64,000 nt of DNA, taken from positions 1 to 64,000 of the IMG/VR virus record IMGVR_UViG_3300035698_035364, one strand, 5' to 3'. This document shows positions 39,303-48,200 of the stretch, in pieces (position 1 is the first letter of the stretch; each line of letters opens with the position of its first letter). Source of the DNA: a virus. Under the pieces are notes generated by a model. It made no database searches. It worked only from the letters and a program-made list of their open reading frames with translations, and was not told the DNA's origin. The translations under genes were made by a program, and so were the position numbers.

Positions 39303-42300
39303 ATGGCAACTAATAAATTTGGATTAGGCGAATACGAATCACTAAGATCGGGTAGTTGGTACTATACTCATAACAAACCAGGAACAAAATGGTTTGATGA
39401 GGTGGACAACGCTAAGGGGTGGACGGTAGATTTTAATTTGCAGGTAGTAGGTATAGAGAATAGTGACTGGATCCTTAGTACTGACCCAACTAAAGGAGTT
39501 GGTATATATGTTAATGACGGAGATAGAAGAGAAGTTATAAACTTCTTTACCCAGGAAATAATTTTTGCTAATGCTGATAAATCAGTTGTTTATGATACAA
39601 CGGCAGAAACCGATTATCGTTTGATTGGCCAGAAAGATAGTCTTAATTTATATGCTAAAGCTTTAGGTAGTGCTTCTTATACGAATATAGCTCAAATTAA
39701 TTTTGCTGCTAGTGCTTTAAAAAATGGGAATGCCTTAAAACCGTCTGTTTTTGAGGACTCTGACGGTGATTTGCATGCTGTATGGTGGGATGATGGGAAC
39801 GGTGCAGGATTCGTTTATTACTCTAAATATAGCGAGGAGAAGTGGTCGGATCCAGAGGAAGTGATAACCTCAGATAATGGAGTGCAATTCCCAGATATAG
39901 GGGTGGATGGCGATGGGCTTGTCTACGTCGTGTTTGAGGAGAAGAAGACTGAAGGCAGTATAGTAGGTCTAGTTTATAGAAATAATATAGGATGGAGCAC
40001 TCCCTATTATACAGGAGTCGGAATTGGAGAATGTAAATATCCTAAGTTAATTTTTGATAGTAGTTATAACGTCGCAGTGGTTTGGGAAGATAGCCGTAGA
40101 ACGCATCCTTCTGTATATATTGATATATTTTTGAAGGATGGAGTCTCATGGAGAGGGGAAGTGAGATTGTCGAATAATGATTACGGGTCTTATAGACCAT
40201 CTATATCTTCTTATATGGATAACATATATGTATCTTGGACTAAAAAGGATGATGACACTAACACTTCAACTATCGAAGTTATTAGGTATTATGCCGTTAC
40301 TGGTGATACGTCGAGTTCTATAATAGTGTCGTCTGTTGGCGGCCAGGCAGATCACTCTAATTTATTAGCCAATGTATCGGGGAACTTGTTTGCAGCGTGG
40401 CATAGTAATGTTTCTGGAGAATATAAAATTTATCTAGCGGTCATAGCTCCTGATTTAAGCGTGGCGTCCGGAGAAAATAAAGTGGTTGATGGCAATGGGG
40501 GAGCCAAATATCCTGTTTTGTCTGAACATACGACTACAGGGGATGTCCATATCGTGTGGCAGGACTATAAAGATAGTTACACGGAATTCGTGCCAATGAC
40601 TGAATATCAGGCGTTAGAACCTTATAGAGATACTTCTTTGCAGCAGAGAAAGCCTTTGAATTCTGCTCTGTTTACTGCTGTTTACAGAGATGGAGCGTTT
40701 TTATCTAGTGGTTTTAATAGTTTCGATGTTAGATTTTCTTTCAGCGATGATAGGAATGCCTATTATCCGGCAGTACCTCCTTTTTTTAGTGCTGAGTTGC
40801 CTGTCTTGTATGAGTCTTTGTCTTTGGGAGAATATGATTTTACTAGTTTCTTTTCTCAGGCAAGATGTGCTTTTTACAACTTGTCAAGAGGCAGAGAAAT
40901 CACTTCTATTAACTATGGGGTATCCCTTGATGAAGCGTATGGTATTGATAGAGATCTTTTGTTGAATACAGATGCTTTGACGAAAGAGATTAGGTTCGGT
41001 GATTTTTCTAATGTTATAAATGCACATTTTATTTTCAAGAATTTTAAGTATTACACTAGCGATGCAGTAGAAGCATATAACGTTAAAGAGATACAAGCAG
41101 GTGATTTTTTAATAGACTCTTTAAGTTCGATGGACGCGGTGATTAATAATTATGGGGATGTGTGGATCGTGGGGACCTGTGGGATGGTTTATTATATTGA
41201 TAGATATAATAGGCTGGCTGGAGTTGGCCCTGGTGAAGAGATTCTGGGACTAGATTCTGTAGATGCTAGTGGGAATCCTCCTGCTACTTTACAGGAAATT
41301 TCTGATGAAGAAGCGACTCTTAAAGGATTTCGTGCTATAACTTTTGATAAAAGTAACACCATATTTATTGGAGGAAGAAGTGGAGTTAGATATAGCCAGA
41401 AACATATAGAAGGGTTTAAACAATTAAAGAATAGTGAAGATGAAATAATTGGGGAAGAAGTTACTGCGTTGGTGATAGACTCGAATAACAACCTTTTTGT
41501 AGGAACAGGTCACGAGTCCACTTCTGATGACAAATATAGTTTGCAAATTTATACTTTGACAGAAAGTGGAGGAGTTATAGTTGCTGCTCTGGTATACGAT
41601 TCTTTAAAAACTGCCACTAATTATCCTATTAACCAATACGTTAGTGCTTTAGAGGTAGATTCTAACGGATGTGTATGGATCGGCACAAGAAATGGTATAT
41701 ATCGGTTCTATAAAGGCAAATTTTTGCATTTTACTACTGTGCATGGCTTATCTTCCAACAGAGTTAATGATATTGCTATAAGAAATACTGCTATTAGATA
41801 TGTTGCTACTTCTAACGGCATTAATAAGATGGTTGGTTTGAATTTTGATGATAATATACAGCCTAATGACGGAATTTGGAATGCTAATGTTAAAAGCGTC
41901 ATGTGGAAGGATCCTAACTTATTAGTTGCTGGCACAATGTCTAAAATCAACCAAATCTTAGTGGACGACGTTGATAACACCTATTCTGTCTCGTTTTATG
42001 AACCAAACTTTTCTTTCGCGACAGATAAAAATGATTTACAAACGTTTTATATCATTCCGGCAGAAGGAAAAGCCATTAATGACGACGATATTGTAGAAAT
42101 TTATATTAATGGTAATTTAGTTCCTTATGGCTATGACATTGGATATGATAAAAACATTAACGATCAGAAAATCATTAGATTTCAGACTCCTTTGCATAAT
42201 GATGATGTAGTTGAGGTGGTGGTAAGAGAAGATATGGAACAAGTAGCCACTTTTGCACAAACTCTAGCCGAGAAAGAGAGCATTGGACAGCAAATAATAC

Positions 42301-45272
42301 GGATTAAAGATTTTGCTACTCATATCGACACTACAGGGAATAATCTGTTATATGTAGTTACAGAAGGTGATGAAAATGAGGTGAAGGTCAATGATAGTAA
42401 TAGCAGATTGCCCTTTGATAGGATCCATTTAGACACCACCCCTCCTTCCTTCCTGAGCGGGGATAATAGCCGAGTAAAAATTGCCGAACAAATAGATAAA
42501 AGTATAGTTAAAGTCAGTGTGACCGGGGCAACCGATAATAGCTATGATAGTAGCGGTAATATATTAGATACTGGATCCGGATTAGATAGGATGATAGTTT
42601 CTAACTATACTAATTTTACTACTAATGGGACTGTAGATAAGCCGTCTATTCCGTTTTCTACTTCAGTTAATCATTATCTGGGATTATCTTTAGAGGACGT
42701 GGTAACAGAGTTGGCGTTTGCTTCTGGTTCGGGGAGTGTAATCAATTACTTCTCTGATGTGAATGAGTTGTATGCTTCTACTTCTCTCCCTGCTGTGCTT
42801 TATAAATATAATTGGACGGAGGAAGAATGGGAAGTTCTATATTCCTATGAGACTGATGAGTATATCGATTTTATAGCGAAATACAATGATAAATTATTAG
42901 TGAGTGTTGGACATGCCACTAGCAATGCAAAGATATATACTTATGATTATGTCTATACTGGTTCTCAGACCACAGGGTTGCTATCTAGTGGTATTCTATC
43001 TTTTTCTGAATCTAGGGCGTATTGTTTTTATGAACTGGATAGTAAATTTTATATTGGCACAGGGGCGGGCACAGGAGATGAATATTCAGAGGGGATGGGG
43101 GATGGAGGAGCGTTGTATTTATATGATGATGGGACAATCCAGAATATAGATCCTTATTTGTCTAAGGTCGTAGAGGGTGTTGATAATGATATCTATTCCC
43201 TAACCAATGTTACTGGTAGTTCTAATTTATTAGCGGCTACTGGATCTGATGGGTACGTATATGAAATAGATATAGATAATCAAGCTGCGTTTATTATTCA
43301 TAATGATGCTGAATCTTTGATTGCTATTAATTATTTAAATAGAGATGGAACAGGTTTTGTGTTCACAGGGGGAGACTCTAATGGTATGATTCGTCGTTCT
43401 ATTACGGGTAATAATTCCTATGACATATCGTTTAGAACTACTCCAAAAACTGTTAGTACTTTGAAAATCTTTCCTGTAGTCACTTCTTCTACTACTACTT
43501 CTTATTCTACGGTTTATGCTGCGGTTGGTGATGTGATATATTATCTATCGGAAGCGGGTAGTTGGGTGTGGAAATATACTCATAGCGAAGACATAACAGA
43601 TATGACATTCAACGAGAATGCTAGTACTTTATATATGACTTCAGCTTCGGGGATTACGAGAATTAATCCTCTATTACAGAACAAAAGTATTTATTTGAAG
43701 CTTATTGATAGGGCAGGAAATGAATCTGAGTTGTATGAAATTGTTAATGATGCAGCACAGGTTAAAGATAAATTTACTGATAGTATAACTATTGCTGAGT
43801 TGGTTGATTTCGTTAACGAGAATAGAATATTTGAGGTAGATGAGTTAGGAAATATAACTTATAACTTACAAGGTGATAAGAGGTTTTTCTCTGGCGATAA
43901 AATAGAAGAAGAAAAAGGCGTATACTTCAGTGAGGTATTCAACGGAACTAACGATTTAGTGAAGTGGGAGTCTCTGACTTGGGAAGTTACAGAACTTTTT
44001 AATACTCAAGTCTTGATGTATGTAAGAACATCTACTTCCTCTAATGATATTTTAACTGCTGATTGGGTAGGCCCATACACTAGCACACAATCATCGGGTA
44101 TTGATTTGAGTTCTATGGTTGGCCAATATATGCAGTTTAAGGCTGAGTTGATTAGCACTGAGAAAGGAATTACTCCTTCTTTTCATAGGGCTACTATAAG
44201 AGCTATTACTAGTGAGTCAATTCATTTCTTTACAACTAATTTTGCTATGCCTCAGAAAGTGTTAAAAGGTGTAATAACTAGTCAAAAGGTACTTCCTGTA
44301 GCTGCCGATATCGTGTTCGGGATTAACACTACTAATTCGATAGATTGGAATGAATATCAAGAAGTGGACGAAAACAGATTGTTTAATGTAGATCAGGAGG
44401 GGCAGAACTTTAGAGTAGGTATTAAACTGATTAGCCCTAATCGTGCTATAGTGGATACCACAGCTTATGATGAGTATGGCCCATATAATTCTGATTTATT
44501 TGTGAATACTATTGAGTTTGCTTTACAAAACAATACTGGCACGACAAATAACTATCATTTTAGAGTTAGTTTATATAGTGATGTGGGCCTTACAAACCAA
44601 GTATTTTCAGCGTACTCTTCAGATAGCCCTGATGGATTTAGCGTAGATGGAGCTGCGGTTCCTGCGGGAGGATCGTCAATTGCTCCTACTGATTCTGCAA
44701 ATGTGTTGTTTTCAGTCCCTGGTTCCGCTAATATTACATGTAATACTTTTTATTTTGTGAAGGTTGAGTATATTTATGATGCTAGTTTTGTGACGTTTTC
44801 GGAATCGGATTCATTTGTCGCTAGTTGTACTTCTTCTTTCATAGATACTATTGATTTTAACTTTACCAATAATGAAACATATGCTACTTATTACCATTTT
44901 AGGATTACTTTTTATGAGGATTTAGAAAGAACAACAGAGCATCTAACAGTATTTAGTGGGAATAATAGATCGGGGTGGTTTGTAGATAACGTGCAGGTTC
45001 CAGAGGAGGGAGCATTAACGGATACTGCGGAGACTGTTAATGTGGTTTATAGACCTACCCCTGCTAGTTATGATACAGGGAAAATATATTATATAACTAT
45101 TGATGCTCATGATGGTTCTAACTATGTGTTCACTACAAACTCTTACACTTTCCAGATTAGGGACGTGGCAAGTTCGGAGGCTTGTGGAGGATATAGTGAT
45201 GTGCCAATAGTCAAGAACTTTGGTATTATGGTTGAATTAGACGACAATGAATTTGTAACTTTGAATATTTAA
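39303..45272 (+). CDS. Giant multi-propeller appendage protein (BNR-like, Reg_prop-like, two YHFR-type modules)
   Basis: 1989 aa; LHAVWWDD, VAVVWEDS, VHIVWQDY blades; VSALEVDSNGCVWIGTRNGIYRF..GLSSNRVNDI; YMQFKAELIS..TPSF module. Confidence 0.65.
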   Translation: MATNKFGLGEYESLRSGSWYYTHNKPGTKWFDEVDNAKGWTVDFNLQVVGIENSDWILSTDPTKGVGIYVNDGDRREVINFFTQEIIFANADKSVVYDTTAETDYRLIGQKDSLNLYAKALGSASYTNIAQINFAASALKNGNALKPSVFEDSDGDLHAVWWDDGNGAGFVYYSKYSEEKWSDPEEVITSDNGVQFPDIGVDGDGLVYVVFEEKKTEGSIVGLVYRNNIGWSTPYYTGVGIGECKYPKLIFDSSYNVAVVWEDSRRTHPSVYIDIFLKDGVSWRGEVRLSNNDYGSYRPSISSYMDNIYVSWTKKDDDTNTSTIEVIRYYAVTGDTSSSIIVSSVGGQADHSNLLANVSGNLFAAWHSNVSGEYKIYLAVIAPDLSVASGENKVVDGNGGAKYPVLSEHTTTGDVHIVWQDYKDSYTEFVPMTEYQALEPYRDTSLQQRKPLNSALFTAVYRDGAFLSSGFNSFDVRFSFSDDRNAYYPAVPPFFSAELPVLYESLSLGEYDFTSFFSQARCAFYNLSRGREITSINYGVSLDEAYGIDRDLLLNTDALTKEIRFGDFSNVINAHFIFKNFKYYTSDAVEAYNVKEIQAGDFLIDSLSSMDAVINNYGDVWIVGTCGMVYYIDRYNRLAGVGPGEEILGLDSVDASGNPPATLQEISDEEATLKGFRAITFDKSNTIFIGGRSGVRYSQKHIEGFKQLKNSEDEIIGEEVTALVIDSNNNLFVGTGHESTSDDKYSLQIYTLTESGGVIVAALVYDSLKTATNYPINQYVSALEVDSNGCVWIGTRNGIYRFYKGKFLHFTTVHGLSSNRVNDIAIRNTAIRYVATSNGINKMVGLNFDDNIQPNDGIWNANVKSVMWKDPNLLVAGTMSKINQILVDDVDNTYSVSFYEPNFSFATDKNDLQTFYIIPAEGKAINDDDIVEIYINGNLVPYGYDIGYDKNINDQKIIRFQTPLHNDDVVEVVVREDMEQVATFAQTLAEKESIGQQIIRIKDFATHIDTTGNNLLYVVTEGDENEVKVNDSNSRLPFDRIHLDTTPPSFLSGDNSRVKIAEQIDKSIVKVSVTGATDNSYDSSGNILDTGSGLDRMIVSNYTNFTTNGTVDKPSIPFSTSVNHYLGLSLEDVVTELAFASGSGSVINYFSDVNELYASTSLPAVLYKYNWTEEEWEVLYSYETDEYIDFIAKYNDKLLVSVGHATSNAKIYTYDYVYTGSQTTGLLSSGILSFSESRAYCFYELDSKFYIGTGAGTGDEYSEGMGDGGALYLYDDGTIQNIDPYLSKVVEGVDNDIYSLTNVTGSSNLLAATGSDGYVYEIDIDNQAAFIIHNDAESLIAINYLNRDGTGFVFTGGDSNGMIRRSITGNNSYDISFRTTPKTVSTLKIFPVVTSSTTTSYSTVYAAVGDVIYYLSEAGSWVWKYTHSEDITDMTFNENASTLYMTSASGITRINPLLQNKSIYLKLIDRAGNESELYEIVNDAAQVKDKFTDSITIAELVDFVNENRIFEVDELGNITYNLQGDKRFFSGDKIEEEKGVYFSEVFNGTNDLVKWESLTWEVTELFNTQVLMYVRTSTSSNDILTADWVGPYTSTQSSGIDLSSMVGQYMQFKAELISTEKGITPSFHRATIRAITSESIHFFTTNFAMPQKVLKGVITSQKVLPVAADIVFGINTTNSIDWNEYQEVDENRLFNVDQEGQNFRVGIKLISPNRAIVDTTAYDEYGPYNSDLFVNTIEFALQNNTGTTNNYHFRVSLYSDVGLTNQVFSAYSSDSPDGFSVDGAAVPAGGSSIAPTDSANVLFSVPGSANITCNTFYFVKVEYIYDASFVTFSESDSFVASCTSSFIDTIDFNFTNNETYATYYHFRITFYEDLERTTEHLTVFSGNNRSGWFVDNVQVPEEGALTDTAETVNVVYRPTPASYDTGKIYYITIDAHDGSNYVFTTNSYTFQIRDVASSEACGGYSDVPIVKNFGIMVELDDNEFVTLNI

Positions 45273-45274
45273 TT

Positions 45275-48200
45275 ATGCCTTTCAAAACACAACATTATCA
45301 ATTACAAGCTTTTCAGTTCGGTGATATCTATTCTGCTAGGGTAGATAAGAGGAGATTCACCATCATAGATAATCAGTTGGCTTTTTTAGCTGACCAGATT
45401 ACTGATGGGGTTATTGAGGGATGGACCATAACTGATAACGAAGATGGAACCATTTCTATATCTGCTGGCATGGGGATGATCAGTCAGAGAGTGATACAGA
45501 CTTTTGGCATAGTTGACTATATATTAGAATCTAATTCGGTTAAGTACCTATATATGAATGCCAAAACGGGGGAAGTGGGGGGCCTGAGTGGAGGCTCTAA
45601 TATATCTAGTGTAGAAGGTATTGATGTAACTGCTCCTTCTCCTCCTACAGGGATACAACAAATATCAAGTATAGCAATATACTTAGCTTCTTTATCTTCT
45701 TATGATGTTAATTTACTTACATACCTAAGGAGGTTGCTGGGATTACATGACGAAGATGATGCTATAGAATTAATCCCATATAAACAGATTGCTTTTCAGT
45801 GGGATGCTAATACCGAAGTTGATTTTAGCCATTATCAGGTCACTCGTATTGATGGTAGCAATGTGGAGACCCTTGGCACTACTGTTGAGACGGTGTATGC
45901 GGATATCGGTCTGCAACAGGACTATACATATACTTATCAAATTGTGGCCATAGATTTAAGTGGGAATGAAAGTGCTATTGGTGAAGTCCAATTCGCTACT
46001 GCCGAAGATACTAGAATTCCTGCTTCTCCTTTGTTTGTTCAGACTTATCCTAGTAATGAGGCGTTGGAAGTTATATGGGACCATTCCCCTTCTGATAATG
46101 TTATCTCTTATAGGGTGAGTATTCAGCCGTTAGATAGTAATTATAATTCTGATGGAAATGCCACAGTCGCTACCGTGAGTTCTGTTGGAGATGACCCTTT
46201 CAGTTCAACATATATTATTTTTGAGAATTTAAATAATAATACTAATTATGAAGTTACCGTTTATGCTGTTACTGCGGCTGGTCTTTTGTCAGAAGGCATC
46301 TCTACTAGAGAATATGTTCAATTTTTGGCTGGTGCGGGGGAAATCAATAATATTGATATAGAGTTTGCAACTGTAAATAGACAAATCAATGAAGCACAAA
46401 GCACAGGTTTGAGAGCTAATCTTACTTGGAGATATCGACAAGATCCTTATCTGCCTTTTGTAGATAAGTTTCTAATTACTTTTGTAGAGAATGGGACTCG
46501 CACATCAGAAGTAATAGAGTTGTTGGGATCAGAGGTAGATGTCCCATGTTCTTCAGGAGCAGTTGATGATATATGTTATAGCCATAGTATAGATTACTTA
46601 CCTTATATTGTTGAGGGTAGAATAGAATATGAGTCTATTAAAGAATATACTCCTTATTTAGTAACCATTCAAACCACAGATGAGGATGAAAATGCTAGTA
46701 ATGGGATCGTGACTAGGGTTAATAGAACTCCGGTTACTGATATTCTTCCATCTGTTACTGATTTTAGTATTGAAAAAAAGAACGATAATAGTTTGTTCTT
46801 AAAGTGGGTGAACCCTATTGAATCCCACTTTTCTTATAATCGTCTAACAATCACTATTACTAATTTAGGAGGGACTATTAACGACCCTTCGATTTTTGAA
46901 GAAACAATTTATATAAATGATCAGAATACAGGCAAATCTGATAGTTTTACAATCCCTTCAGATCAGTTTGATGTAAATTATAGGTATAATGTGGAGATCA
47001 CTTCATATAATATATTTAACACACAGGGTTCAAGATTGGAGACTTTTGAACAATTCACCGAGGCGGCTGACAATTTAAGGCCTGATGCTCCGTTAAATGT
47101 GGAAATTTTTTCTGGAGATAGTCAGCTATATTTACAATGGGAGCCGGATGTTAGTGGAGAGCTAGAGTTTTATAAAATATATAGAGCAGAATATCAGTTG
47201 TATTTAGATACAACTAATTTTGCTGTTATCGCTACCATCCCGGCTAGTTTAGATAATTTTACTGATTATTCAGTGCCTAACGGCACAGCTTATACTTATT
47301 TTATAACTTCAGTGGATGTATATGGGAATGAATCGTTAAATCCTGATGACGACACTCATTTACCTGTTTTGTCGTTTTCTTCCACACCTGCGGAAATGCT
47401 CTCTTTATCTCCTCCTACCAATTTAGAAGTGGGAGCCAGTAGTAATGAACATGATGCTCAATTAGTATGGGACGCCACTCCTGGGTTATTTGATGGTTAT
47501 GAGATTTTAAGATCCGAAGGGAATAACTATTCTTTCCAAGTTATTGCTCATACTCCGGTGTCTCAAGTTACTTATATAGATCAAGATGCTCTTCTAAAAG
47601 ATAGTGTCATTTACTATTATATTGTAAAGAAGTATAAGAATGAGTCTTCGTTGTATGTGACTAGCTCTGCTGTGTCTTTGTCTAATTCAGTGCATATAGG
47701 TATTGTTACTACTTCCAATGGCATTCAGAATGTTAGTATCGATCTTTCTTCGGTAATCGATTTAGAGAATTATCAAGATCCTATTACTACGAAAACTAAT
47801 AATTTAATATTAACACATGATCATAAAAATACAGAGAATGTGGATAAGCGTATAGAATTACGTGCTCAGGTATTTGTTACTGATTGGGCAACCACTGATT
47901 ATCAAAATTATACTACTACCGAGGATATCGAAGGTGCAGGGAGTTATATCCTAAGTATTAGTGGCACAATTAATGAAGAATATTTTAAGGATACTCAGGG
48001 GAATACTGATGTCGCTAGGTTAAGACAGGCACAGGCACGAGAATCCCCTGTGCTATATGAAATAGATGAAGAAAATGGGAAGATAGTTTTCAATGAGCCT
48101 TTATATGTAGATGCGACGACAATAGATATTCCTGGTTTGTTACTTACTTTTGATTCTAATGTGGTCACTCCTTATTCTGATATCCCTGTTGTCTCGTTGG

